64,000 nt of DNA from Syntrophales bacterium (GTDB taxonomy: Bacteria; Desulfobacterota; Syntrophia; Syntrophales; UBA2210): the NCBI GenBank assembly GCA_963666365.2, contig CAXXNF010000001.1:672001-736000 (forward strand). Direction: 5' to 3'. The notes under the pieces are model-generated. The model did no database searches and was not told where the DNA came from. It saw nothing but the letters and a program-made list of their open reading frames with translations. Shown piece by piece: positions 38,969-48,496 of this stretch. Numbering within the stretch: position 1 is the first letter of the stretch; every line of letters begins with the position of its first letter. A program made the position numbers and the translations under genes.

Positions 38969-40576
38969 ATGCATCTTCTGAACAGGTTGTCGAAAAGAGA
39001 AATCATAGGATTTATTTTTGCGATGTCTGTCCTTCTGTTGACACCTGCCATGACAATGGCGCTCGATTTCGACGGCAATTGGAACGGTTCCTGGACAAGC
39101 GTATACGGAACAACGGGAAGCGTCTACGGATCGATGTATCTGTCAGGAAACTCGGTCAGCGGGATGCTTACCATTACCAATACCGATTGCGGTACGGTGA
39201 GTCTGTCGATATCAGGGACACTGATTAACAACGTCCTTACCATAAATGGCTCAAAATATTGTGGCGGTTCGAACAACGAATTTCGTTTCACCCAGGGATA
39301 CTTCTCGGGAAGCACAATAAACGGAAACTATAACATTATCAGCGATGGGGACTTGTACGATTCAGGCGCCTTTACGCTCGTTCATCAACCTACCGCACCG
39401 ACTGCCAATTTCACGGCGAACACGACTTCCGGGATTGCCCCTCTGACAGTTACTTTTACCGATCAGAGTAGCGGTACCGTCAGCACCTACGCCTGGTCTT
39501 TCGGCGACGGACAGACAAGCACCCTGCAAAATCCCTCGCATATCTATCCGACACCGGGGACTTACACGGTCCAGCTCACAGTCAACGGGCCAGGCGGAAG
39601 TAATACCCAAACGCGCTCCGGCTATATCACCGTTACCTATCCCGCTCCGGTGGCTGGTTTCACTGTCGATACAACGACCGGCAACGCGCCTCTTCAGGTC
39701 AGTTTTACCGATCAGAGTACCGGTACCGTCAGCACCTACGCCTGGTCTTTCGGCGACGGACAGACAAGCTCTCTGCAAAATCCCTCGCATATCTATCCGA
39801 CACCGGGGACTTACACGGTCCAGCTCACAGTCAACGGGCCAGGCGGAAGTAATACCCAAACGCGCTCCGGCTATATCACCGTTACCTATCCCGCTCCGGT
39901 GGCTGGTTTCACTGTCGATACAACGACCGGCAACGCGCCTCTTCAGGTCAGCTTTACCGATCAGAGTACCGGTACCGTCAGCACCTACGCCTGGTCTTTC
40001 GGCGACGGACAGACAAGCTCTCTGAAAAATCCCTCGCATATCTATCCGACACCGGGGACTTACACGGTCCAGCTCACAGTCAACGGGCCAGGCGGAAGTA
40101 ATACCCAAACGCGCTCCGGCTATATCACCGTTACCTATCCCGCTCCGGTGGCTGGTTTCACTGTCGATACAACGACCGGCAACGCGCCTCTTCAGGTCAG
40201 CTTTACCGATCAGAGTACCGGTACCGTCAGCACCTACGCCTGGTCTTTCGGCGACGGACAGACAAGCACCCTGCAAAATCCCTCGCATACTTATCAGACA
40301 CCAGGATGGTACACGGTCCGTTTGAGTATCAGCGGACCGGGTGGAGAGGATACTGTAACCAAGGATTCCCTGATTGGAGCAGCCGATCCTTTATCGGATC
40401 TCAATGATGACGGAACAGTCGATCTGGCCGATGCATTGCTTGGGTTGAAAATTCTAAGCCGTTCCACAGTGTCGACCGGCCTTGACTCTCTTTCACAAAA
40501 AGATATTGACGGTGACAACAGGCTCGGGCTCGGGGAAACCATCCACATACTTCAATGGCTTGCAAAATTATTGTGA
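38969..40576 (+). CDS. Secreted PKD-repeat protein with C-terminal dockerin-like domain
   Basis: Signal peptide; four PKD domains (WSFGDG..S.LQNPSH.Y..PG.YTV.L); DLNDDGTVDLAD...DIDGDNRLGLGE. Confidence 0.9.
   Translation: MHLLNRLSKREIIGFIFAMSVLLLTPAMTMALDFDGNWNGSWTSVYGTTGSVYGSMYLSGNSVSGMLTITNTDCGTVSLSISGTLINNVLTINGSKYCGGSNNEFRFTQGYFSGSTINGNYNIISDGDLYDSGAFTLVHQPTAPTANFTANTTSGIAPLTVTFTDQSSGTVSTYAWSFGDGQTSTLQNPSHIYPTPGTYTVQLTVNGPGGSNTQTRSGYITVTYPAPVAGFTVDTTTGNAPLQVSFTDQSTGTVSTYAWSFGDGQTSSLQNPSHIYPTPGTYTVQLTVNGPGGSNTQTRSGYITVTYPAPVAGFTVDTTTGNAPLQVSFTDQSTGTVSTYAWSFGDGQTSSLKNPSHIYPTPGTYTVQLTVNGPGGSNTQTRSGYITVTYPAPVAGFTVDTTTGNAPLQVSFTDQSTGTVSTYAWSFGDGQTSTLQNPSHTYQTPGWYTVRLSISGPGGEDTVTKDSLIGAADPLSDLNDDGTVDLADALLGLKILSRSTVSTGLDSLSQKDIDGDNRLGLGETIHILQWLAKLL
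39454..40289 (+). repeat. Near-perfect 249-bp tandem repeat (~3.4 copies) encoding PKD domains
   Basis: GTTACCTATCCCGCTCCGG recurs at 39632, 39881 and 40130; only a few substitutions between units. Confidence 0.95.
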
Positions 40577-40592
40577 GCAAAAAAATAGGGGG

Positions 40593-40724
40593 GCACTTTC
40601 CGTACAGGCTTGTGTAGGATGCGCCGCTGCCGTAATCAATTCGCTTCTGGGTCGAAAAGGTTTCTGCTGCACTATCGGAGAAAGCGAAATAGAGTCGGAA
40701 TCCGGCGCATCTGGATGCTGCTGG
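40593..40724 (+). pseudogene. hgcB: Relic second copy of the hgcB 3' end
   Basis: 40593-40677 matches 38809-38893 at 73/85 nt by hand count; reads ALSVQACVGCAAAVINSLLGRKGFCCTIGESEIESESGASGCC. Confidence 0.8.
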
Positions 40725-40739
40725 AGGCTCTGTCTGACC

Positions 40740-42191
40740 TTAGTAATAGTCAGCAAGTCCCTCCGGATAGCGTTCGAAGCGCCTTAGATCTGCTATTTTC
40801 CGTTCCACCTCCTTGGGAACATCGGTGGCAATGCCATTTTCTCCATCTTCATGTCGAGCAAGAAAAATTCTTCCAAACCATTCTATTTCATTTTCCTTTA
40901 AGACAGTTTCCTTACCAAGGGGCCGCCGCTCGACATAAAGTTTTCTTCTTTTGTTCAATTCCACTGTTTTAAAGACATAGCCGTAGGAAAGCTCCGGCAT
41001 TATTGCCGTGACATCGTAGCGGACGCAGAGGGAACCTCCTGTAAAATTGATATATTTCCAGAGAGGCGCCGCAAAGTACAGACGGTCCCTGGCGGCTGAC
41101 AGCGTCCACAGCCCCTGCGCCTCGGGAATACGGAAAAGACGGTCGGCAGACGCACCGATACCCTCGGAACATCCCCGGAGGGAAATAGTTCTGATCAGAC
41201 CCGTCTCCGTCAGGTCTTCATGGGCCTTTTTTATTAACTCCCCCCCTCTGCGCCGGGCCGCTGCTTTCTGATAGGTGTTTTTGTAAATAAAGGAACAATA
41301 ATTGACAGGCAGGTCCACTCCGCGCTCCAGAATCGATCGCATTACCTTCAGGGCCGTCAGTTCCGATTCGAGCACCGTTACCTTGGGACCGTGAAGGAAG
41401 GTATAGTTCCGCTTTGAAAGCTGACTGAAATTGTACGGCGTCAACCGCAGCTGGTGAAGGTTGAGGTAGTCAACGCCGATCTCCTTCATTATACCCGCCA
41501 GTTCGACAAGCCGATCGGCATCCTCCGGCACGGCAGGAATCTCGACGGTTACCACGTCGAAAATGCCTGCGGCAAGGGATATCGGTTCCAGGCGGTACCC
41601 CAGCGCCCCGATGTCGAAACGGACCTCGTTGAGCCCGGCGTCGCGGAGGACGCGGAAACGTTCTTTCGTAGCCAGGCTCCCGTTGGTGTACATCCACAGG
41701 TGGACGCCCTCACCCAGGTGCGTTCGTACCATTTTGAGATAACGGAGTGTCTTTTCATAGGTCATCAGCGGCTCGCCGCCGCTCATGCTGACACCGGTAA
41801 ACCCTAACCTTTTCAGGTAATCCACATAGTCCCGGGGATCGGCAAAGGGTACCGTGTTTGTCTGGGGCACACCTTCATCCGACTGTCCCGCAGGGCAGTA
41901 AAAACAGTGCATGTTGCATATGCCATTGATAAACAGACAGGACCAGTTCCCGCTGCCGCAGGCGCGGCATCCCGGCGACAGACGACGGACGTCAAGTTTT
42001 GTTCCTCCATGACTGAAGAGCGCTCCCTGGGCCATCAGGTCCTTCAAAATTCCGGCACGTTCACTTTCGGCGCGGGCGGCCGTTGCATCATCAACCCAGC
42101 GCACCACAGCGTAGCCTTCGGTATATTCATGCCTGTTCAGTGCAATGATTCCCTCCCGCTCGGAAGGATCAACTCCATGGGAAACCGACAT
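40740..42191 (-). CDS. Radical SAM protein, uncharacterised
   Basis: LSPGCRAC, CNMHCFYC, SGGEPL, YTNG, EVRFD, VNYCS. Confidence 0.88.
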   Translation of the reverse strand: MSVSHGVDPSEREGIIALNRHEYTEGYAVVRWVDDATAARAESERAGILKDLMAQGALFSHGGTKLDVRRLSPGCRACGSGNWSCLFINGICNMHCFYCPAGQSDEGVPQTNTVPFADPRDYVDYLKRLGFTGVSMSGGEPLMTYEKTLRYLKMVRTHLGEGVHLWMYTNGSLATKERFRVLRDAGLNEVRFDIGALGYRLEPISLAAGIFDVVTVEIPAVPEDADRLVELAGIMKEIGVDYLNLHQLRLTPYNFSQLSKRNYTFLHGPKVTVLESELTALKVMRSILERGVDLPVNYCSFIYKNTYQKAAARRRGGELIKKAHEDLTETGLIRTISLRGCSEGIGASADRLFRIPEAQGLWTLSAARDRLYFAAPLWKYINFTGGSLCVRYDVTAIMPELSYGYVFKTVELNKRRKLYVERRPLGKETVLKENEIEWFGRIFLARHEDGENGIATDVPKEVERKIADLRRFERYPEGLADYY

Positions 42192-42371
42192 CGTTCATTC
42201 TCCTCACAATAATCGAGGCACGCCGTACCGGAGAACAGACTTGCCTCAAGACGGCGGGATTATAGTTCAAAAGCCGAAAATTAAACATTAATTTTTTCTT
42301 GTTCTATTTCAAAATTAGGCATAAAAGGAACCATAATTTATAGAACGGTATGGTAGTATAGAAAGGTATTA

Positions 42372-43787
42372 ATGAAGTCATTTCTTATAGTGACGAAGGA
42401 ACAGGCGGTGTTTCAGCACATTCAGGCCTGCTTTCGATCGAAGCAACGCGTCGATTCGGCTGGGGATATGGCAGGGGCATTGGAGATGCTCCGCCGGCAT
42501 CATCATGATTTTATCTTCATCGACCTCGAGATACTGCGCCGGTCGGCCGCCGATGTCGGCTACAAAGGGGCGCTGCAGTCGCTGTGGGTGGTCTATCCCG
42601 ATGTAGAGATCGTCGTCATGGCCGAACAGTCGATGATCAGAGAGGCCGTGCAGGTCGTAAAAGCCGGGGCAAGTAATTACCTGACCTATCCTCTCAACGC
42701 AGATGAAGTCAAATACGTAACCGACAGCATTTATGAATCGATCATCGTCCAGTCGGCCCTCGACTACCTGCGCGATAAGTTCTGGGAGGGCGAGGCCCTT
42801 GAAATCGTCCAGACAAAAAGTCCCGCTATGATAAAGGTATTTGATAAAGTCCGTTCCGTGGCGACCACCAAGAGCACAGTCCTGCTGGCGGGAGAAACGG
42901 GCACGGGCAAGGGTGTGCTGGCAAAACTCATCCACCGGCACAGCAGCAGGAGAAAGGGACAGTTTATAAGCATTCACTGCGGCGCCATTCCCGACAGCCT
43001 TCTCGAAAGCGAGCTTTTCGGTCATGAGCGCGGCGCCTTTACCGGCGCCGTACGGCGCCAGATGGGAAAATTCGAAATCGCCAAGGGGGGAACGATCTTT
43101 CTCGACGAAATCGGCACCATCACCCCTTCGGCACAAATCAAGCTTCTCCAGGTGCTTCAGGACGGCATCTTCCAGCGCGTAGGCGGTGAAGAAACGATAG
43201 AGGCGGATGTACGGGTCATCGCGGCAACCAATATCGATCTGAAACAATTGATCAATGAAAACCGCTTCAGGCGGGATCTTTATTACCGCCTGAATGTATT
43301 CCCCATCGAAATTCCCCCCTTAAGGGAGCGGCAAGAAGACATTCCGCTTCTCATCGAAATTTTCCTGAGAAAACTGAATAAATTTTCCGCCAGGGAAATC
43401 CATGACGTCCATCCCGACGTGGTAGCGGCCTTTCGGCGCTACAGCTGGCCGGGTAATATACGGGAACTGCAGAACCTGATCGAGCGGGCCCATATCATCG
43501 AAACCTCATCGGTGCTTACCCCCGAAAGCTTCCCAAGCGAACTTTTCGACTCCGACGGCGCCTCGCCGTCCTTTGCAGTCGACACCCTGAAAACACTTGC
43601 AGAAACACGGCAGAGTGCATGGGAAAAAATCGAAAAACGCTACCTGCAGGAACTCCTGACGGAAGAGCGGGGAAGCATCAAAGAGGCATCCAAAAGAGCA
43701 GGTATTTCCACACGTCAGCTTTCCAAGCTGATGCACAAGCACGCGCTGCAAAAAGAGTCTTTCAAGTCCTCCCGGCGCCTGCGGTAG
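42372..43787 (+). CDS. sigma54-dependent response regulator (NtrC family)
   Basis: Atypical REC domain; GETGTGKG; ESELFGHERGAFTGA; WPGNIREL; HTH. Confidence 0.92.
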   Translation: MKSFLIVTKEQAVFQHIQACFRSKQRVDSAGDMAGALEMLRRHHHDFIFIDLEILRRSAADVGYKGALQSLWVVYPDVEIVVMAEQSMIREAVQVVKAGASNYLTYPLNADEVKYVTDSIYESIIVQSALDYLRDKFWEGEALEIVQTKSPAMIKVFDKVRSVATTKSTVLLAGETGTGKGVLAKLIHRHSSRRKGQFISIHCGAIPDSLLESELFGHERGAFTGAVRRQMGKFEIAKGGTIFLDEIGTITPSAQIKLLQVLQDGIFQRVGGEETIEADVRVIAATNIDLKQLINENRFRRDLYYRLNVFPIEIPPLRERQEDIPLLIEIFLRKLNKFSAREIHDVHPDVVAAFRRYSWPGNIRELQNLIERAHIIETSSVLTPESFPSELFDSDGASPSFAVDTLKTLAETRQSAWEKIEKRYLQELLTEERGSIKEASKRAGISTRQLSKLMHKHALQKESFKSSRRLR

Positions 43788-43826
43788 CATATTTTTCTCC
43801 TCTTCTTTTACCAACCTTCTATTATC

Positions 43827-43961
43827 GGAATTGCCGGTTCGCCTTGCCCTGCAAGGGGAACAACGAGTTCCGCTTTTAAAACATAATTGTTTTCAATACA
43901 TTAGGTCATACCATCGGCACATATCGTATAAGGCCGGGGGAATAGCGGAATCAATAGTTCC
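43827..43961. promoter_or_regulatory. Three GGAA-N6-GTTC imperfect palindromes, candidate UAS
   Basis: Copies at 43827-43840, 43857-43870 and 43947-43960, upstream of a sigma54 promoter. Confidence 0.6.
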
Positions 43962-44015
43962 GATTTCATATCGCCTGCCAAATGATTAATCTGTAATTTC
44001 AATATGTTTTACACA

Positions 44016-44031
44016 TGGCATATTCTTTGCT
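44016..44031 (+). promoter_or_regulatory. sigma54 -24/-12 promoter
   Basis: TGGCATATTCTTTGCT. Confidence 0.8.
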
Positions 44032-44066
44032 CACTGACACCCGTCGGAGAGCTTTATCTTCCCATA

Positions 44067-44147
44067 GTCATTCCGGGTAAGCGAAGCGCAACCCGGAATC
44101 CAGGAAATATCTGAAAATACTGGATGCCGGATCAAGTCCGGCATGAC
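44067..44147. repeat. REP/RPE-like composite palindromic element
   Basis: GTCATTCCGGGT...ACCCGGAATCCAG...CTGGATGCCGGATCAAGTCCGGCATGAC nested stems. Confidence 0.7.
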
Positions 44148-44232
44148 AATATTAAAGTTAAAGGGGATTTTTCAAAACTCTCCCGTCGAAAGAAGACAGG
44201 GCACAGGGGTGTGCAAGGAGGACAGGACAACA

Positions 44233-44568
44233 ATGACCGGCATTATAAAGGTCCCTATTGTGGGGGTAATCGTCGCGGTAATAATCCTGCTGAGTATCGG
44301 CATTGCCGGTGCGGCATTAATCACAGGAGCGATAAATGACGATTTTCAGATCATTTCCGATTCCGGGGAGGCGTACAATATCTACGCCAATGACATGGGC
44401 AACCAGGTGGTCGAACAGGTCGGCCTAAGAATGACCGTAACGGCGGATATCGAAATTGTTGAAGGCGAAAAATGGATCAATGTCATTTCCTATAAAGTGC
44501 TGGAAGAGAGCCAGGACAGTGCCGATGAAGACGATAACAATGACACAAAAGACAAGGATGAGGAATAA
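44233..44568 (+). CDS. Small exported or membrane-anchored hypothetical protein with acidic tail
   Basis: AAGGAGG RBS; hydrophobic N-terminus; first gene after the sigma54 promoter. Confidence 0.6.
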   Translation: MTGIIKVPIVGVIVAVIILLSIGIAGAALITGAINDDFQIISDSGEAYNIYANDMGNQVVEQVGLRMTVTADIEIVEGEKWINVISYKVLEESQDSADEDDNNDTKDKDEE

Positions 44569-44586
44569 CTGAGCACGGCTGAACAC

Positions 44587-45957
44587 ATGCAACCGTTCAG
44601 CCTGCCATCGGAAGCGGAGAGGAAGAAAAAAATGGAGCAGGACTACATCATTGAAGAAACGGAGCCTCCTGGTAGTAAGAATGTGTGCGACTGCCAGGGG
44701 TACGAGGCTGCACAACAGATCGTAACGGGGAATCTGATTCTTTCCGCAAGGAAACGCAGTACCTTCCCGAAACTCAGACGAGCTTCGGGCTTTTTCATCA
44801 GCCCGGAAAGGCGATTGTTCAGGAAGACTTTTTTCAAGGGAGTGACGGATGCGGAGTGGACCGACTGGCACTGGCAGGTACGGCACAGCATCTCATCGAC
44901 CATGGAGCTGGAGCGCATCATTCGGCTTTCCGACGACGAAAGAGCGGCCCTCTCCGATCGGAGCGGCAAATTTCCCTTCTTGATCACCCCTTATTACGCG
45001 AGTCTGCTTGATCCTATCGATCCGCAGCACCCGCTGAGAAGGACCGTGGTCCCCGTACAGGCGGAACAGGTCCATTCGCACGGAGAGGAAGACGATCCTC
45101 TTGGAGAAGAAGCAGAAAGCCCCGTCCCGGGAGTGGTCCATCGCTATCCCGACAGGGTGCTGTTTCTCGTCTCCGACTTCTGCTCTACCTACTGCCGCTA
45201 TTGCACACGCTCTCGGCTGGTGGGAAGGTCGAATTGTCATGGAGGTTTCAAAGATCGGCTGAGCAGGGGTATCGACTACATCGCCTCGAACCATCGGATC
45301 AGGGACGTGCTTGTATCGGGTGGCGATCCCCTCATGCTTTCCGACGACAGACTGGAATGGATTCTGGCGCAACTGCGCCGCATCCCCCATGTGGAGGTGA
45401 TTCGAATCGGCACGAAGACCCCCGCAGTGCTGCCGCAAAGGATCACGGCGCCGCTGGTTCGCATGCTGAAACGCTATAATCCCCTCTGGATGAGCATTCA
45501 CTTCACCCATCCGGAGGAATTGACCGAAGAAACCGGACAGGCCTGCGGACGGCTTGCCGATGCAGGCATTCCGCTGCAGAGCCAGACAGTACTTTTGTCG
45601 GGCATTAACGATACCGCGGCCACTATGATGAAGCTCTTTCACGGTCTTGTTCAGAAAAGGGTTCGCCCCTACTATCTCTACCAGTGCGACCCGATCTCGG
45701 GGTCCGCTCATTTCAGAACCCCCGTTGCAACGGGACTTGCAATCATGAAGGAATTGCGGGGCTACACAAGCGGCTTTGCCGTTCCGCTCTATGTGATCGA
45801 TACCCCCGGCGGCGGCGGCAAGGTGCCGATCATGCCGGAATATGTGGCAGGGCATGAAGGCGCCACGCTTCTGCTTAAAAATTATGAAGGAAAAATATAT
45901 CGTTATGAGGACGCACCCGGATTGTCCCGGGCGATTTGCAACGATTCAGAAGGCTAA
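44587..45957 (+). CDS. kamA: KamA-family radical SAM aminomutase (lysine 2,3-aminomutase-like)
   Basis: DWHWQ, HRYPDRVL, CSTYCRYCTR, SGGDPL, YLYQCD, YVIDTPGGGGK. Confidence 0.88.
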   Translation: MQPFSLPSEAERKKKMEQDYIIEETEPPGSKNVCDCQGYEAAQQIVTGNLILSARKRSTFPKLRRASGFFISPERRLFRKTFFKGVTDAEWTDWHWQVRHSISSTMELERIIRLSDDERAALSDRSGKFPFLITPYYASLLDPIDPQHPLRRTVVPVQAEQVHSHGEEDDPLGEEAESPVPGVVHRYPDRVLFLVSDFCSTYCRYCTRSRLVGRSNCHGGFKDRLSRGIDYIASNHRIRDVLVSGGDPLMLSDDRLEWILAQLRRIPHVEVIRIGTKTPAVLPQRITAPLVRMLKRYNPLWMSIHFTHPEELTEETGQACGRLADAGIPLQSQTVLLSGINDTAATMMKLFHGLVQKRVRPYYLYQCDPISGSAHFRTPVATGLAIMKELRGYTSGFAVPLYVIDTPGGGGKVPIMPEYVAGHEGATLLLKNYEGKIYRYEDAPGLSRAICNDSEG

Positions 45958-45967
45958 GGACGGGATA

Positions 45968-46963
45968 ATGAATATCGGCATGACCTATGATCTGAAGGAC
46001 GACTATCTCCGTGCAGGCTACGACAAGGAAGCCGCCGCGGAGTTCGACGGCGAGGATACGATCCAGGCCATCGAAGGCGCCCTTAAAGAACGGGGCTATC
46101 GGACCGGGAGGATCGGCAATATCAAGGCCCTCACCCGGCGGCTTGCCGCCGGAGACCGCTGGGATCTGGTATTCAATATCGCAGAGGGAATCGCCGGCTT
46201 CGGTCGCGAGGCCCAGGTGCCCGCCCTTCTCGATGCCTACGGCATCCCTTATACATTCTCAGATCCTCTGGTGCTCGCGCTTACACTCCACAAGGGGATG
46301 GCAAAGCACATCGTCCGCGATATGGGCGTCGCCACGCCCGACTTCGCTGTGGTGGAAAGGGTGGAAGATATCGCGCATATCCACCTTCCCTACCCCCTTT
46401 TCGCCAAACCCGTTGCGGAAGGTACGAGTAAGGGCATTGCGGCCACATCGAAGATTAACGGTCCTCAGGAACTGGAGAAGGAATGCATACGAATTCTGAA
46501 TGCCTTTCGCCAGCCGGTCCTGGTTGAGACCTATCTGCCGGGAAGGGAATTTACCGTAGGGATTATCGGCACAGGCCGTGAAGCGGCGCCACTGGGCGTG
46601 CTCGAGGTGCTCCTGAACGGCAACGCCGAGGAGGGCGTCTACTCCTACCAGAACAAGGAACACTATAAGGAGCGGGTTACCTACCGTCTGGTACAGGACG
46701 GCGACGCCCAAAAAGCCGCCCGTGTCGCCCTTGATGTATGGCGCGGTCTGGGATGCCGCGATGGCGGACGCGTGGATGTCAGAAACGACGACAGGGGAAG
46801 GCCCCATTTTATCGAGGTCAATCCCCTGGCGGGACTGCATCCGGAAAATTCCGATCTCTGCATCCTGGCCTCACACAGGGGGATGACCTACGGCATGCTG
46901 ATCGAAAAACTCGTAAACGCCGCCCTGAGCCGGACAAAAATACCGGACAGGGCGCTCGAATAA
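45968..46963 (+). CDS. D-Ala-D-Ala ligase-like ATP-grasp protein
   Basis: VFNIAEG, FAKPVAEGTSKG, VETYLPGREF, GRVDVR, IEVNPLAG. Confidence 0.88.
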   Translation: MNIGMTYDLKDDYLRAGYDKEAAAEFDGEDTIQAIEGALKERGYRTGRIGNIKALTRRLAAGDRWDLVFNIAEGIAGFGREAQVPALLDAYGIPYTFSDPLVLALTLHKGMAKHIVRDMGVATPDFAVVERVEDIAHIHLPYPLFAKPVAEGTSKGIAATSKINGPQELEKECIRILNAFRQPVLVETYLPGREFTVGIIGTGREAAPLGVLEVLLNGNAEEGVYSYQNKEHYKERVTYRLVQDGDAQKAARVALDVWRGLGCRDGGRVDVRNDDRGRPHFIEVNPLAGLHPENSDLCILASHRGMTYGMLIEKLVNAALSRTKIPDRALE

Positions 46964-46973
46964 GGATTTGACT

Positions 46974-47990
46974 ATGCAGAAACCTCTTATTGCACTGGTG
47001 CACAATATCCCTTCCGAATCGGATGCGTCCCTGGACATCCTCGATCAGGTGGATGCCATCGAAAAGGCGCTGACGGAACGGGGATTCCACTCGCGGCGCA
47101 TTCCCTTCACAAAGGATCTCGATCTGTTTCTGACGCAGTTCAGGAACGCACAGGCGGATGCCGTTTTCAACCTGGTGGAGACGGTGGACGAAGAGGCCGC
47201 AATGGCGGCCCACCCGGCCGCGGTATTCGAACTCCTCCAGGTCCCTTTTACCGGTTCTTCCGCCGCAGCCTTGACCTGCACCACCGACAAGGTGACGGCA
47301 AAGCGATTGATGCGGGCCTGCGGGATCAGGACACCCGATTACATGATCTATGAGGGATCGGCGTCGTTCAATGCCTCTCATCTTACTTTTCCCGTCATCG
47401 TCAAACCCCGATTCGAAGACGCCAGCATCGGCATCGATCAGGATTCTATTTTTGAAGACGAACGGCAATTGCGAAAGGGCATTCAAAACTGCTACGCCCG
47501 ATACGGGAGTCTCCTTGTAGAAGAGTATATCGAGGGAAGGGAGTTTAATATTTCCCTTTTCGGCTACCCCGTGCCGCACCCGTTGCCGCTTGCGGAAATT
47601 GATTTTTCCTCTTTTCCCCATAATCTCTATCCCATCGTGGGCTATCGGGCAAAATGGGACCACTCTTCCTTTGAGTACGCCCACACCCCCCGCATCTTCC
47701 CCGTCGGGGTCCAGCCGTCCCTTGTCAATGAAATCACCAAAACGGCCCTGGACTGTTTTCGCCTTTTCGGACTTCGTGATTACGGGAGGGTGGATATGAG
47801 AATAAACCTGCACAACAAACCCTACATCCTGGAAGTGAATGCAAACCCCTGCCTCAGCCCGGATGCAGGCATGGCGGCGTCTCTGTCCCATGCAGGCATA
47901 GGCTACGCCGATATGGTCGAACGGCTTGTCCACTTCGCCCTCCAACGGGCCCATCATGACGCGTTTCCCGGCACGGCGGGGTGTGCCTGA
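46974..47990 (+). CDS. D-Ala-D-Ala ligase-like ATP-grasp protein (second)
   Basis: VFNLVE, IVKPRFEDASIG, VEEYIEGREF, YGRVDMR, LEVNANP. Confidence 0.88.
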   Translation: MQKPLIALVHNIPSESDASLDILDQVDAIEKALTERGFHSRRIPFTKDLDLFLTQFRNAQADAVFNLVETVDEEAAMAAHPAAVFELLQVPFTGSSAAALTCTTDKVTAKRLMRACGIRTPDYMIYEGSASFNASHLTFPVIVKPRFEDASIGIDQDSIFEDERQLRKGIQNCYARYGSLLVEEYIEGREFNISLFGYPVPHPLPLAEIDFSSFPHNLYPIVGYRAKWDHSSFEYAHTPRIFPVGVQPSLVNEITKTALDCFRLFGLRDYGRVDMRINLHNKPYILEVNANPCLSPDAGMAASLSHAGIGYADMVERLVHFALQRAHHDAFPGTAGCA

Positions 47991-48001
47991 TTATCCATGC
48001 T

Positions 48002-48487
48002 ATGATCACTTCACTCGTTTTAAAGGATATACCGCAGATTCATCGGATCATCAGAAGCACGGGCGTCTTCACCGACGATGAAATTGCCGTCGCTATGGAA
48101 CTCGTCGATCACTACCTTACCGAAGAGGACGGCGGAGGCTACCGGATGTATTGCTGCCGCCTTGAAGGAAACGTCGTCGCCGGCTATGTGTGCTTCGGCC
48201 CCATTCCCATGACCCAGTCCTGCTTCGATTTCTACTGGATTGCCGTCGATCCCTCAATGGGGCGGCGTCATGTAGGATCACAGCTTATGGCATTCATGGA
48301 ATCGGAAATCGCACGGGAAGGGGGACAAAAGATCTTTATCGACACCTCTTCGACGGCACCCTACGAGCCGGCCCGATCCCTTTATCTGAAGAGGGGATAC
48401 AGGGTGGCCGCGAAATTCGACGATTTTTACCGCCCCGGCGATCACAAACTTGTGTTTGTAAAAAATATTATACCACACACACGTTAG
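48002..48487 (+). CDS. GNAT-family N-acetyltransferase
   Basis: YWIAVDPSMGRRHVGSQLM, ARSLYLKRGY, DFYRPGD. Confidence 0.85.
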   Translation: MITSLVLKDIPQIHRIIRSTGVFTDDEIAVAMELVDHYLTEEDGGGYRMYCCRLEGNVVAGYVCFGPIPMTQSCFDFYWIAVDPSMGRRHVGSQLMAFMESEIAREGGQKIFIDTSSTAPYEPARSLYLKRGYRVAAKFDDFYRPGDHKLVFVKNIIPHTR

Positions 48488-48496
48488 AGGAACAGC

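Noticed and set aside
45968..47990. Vancomycin-resistance (VanA/VanB) ligases
   Set aside because: No vanH, vanX or vanRS context; the N-termini differ from Ddl/Van ligases and the genes are coupled to kamA.
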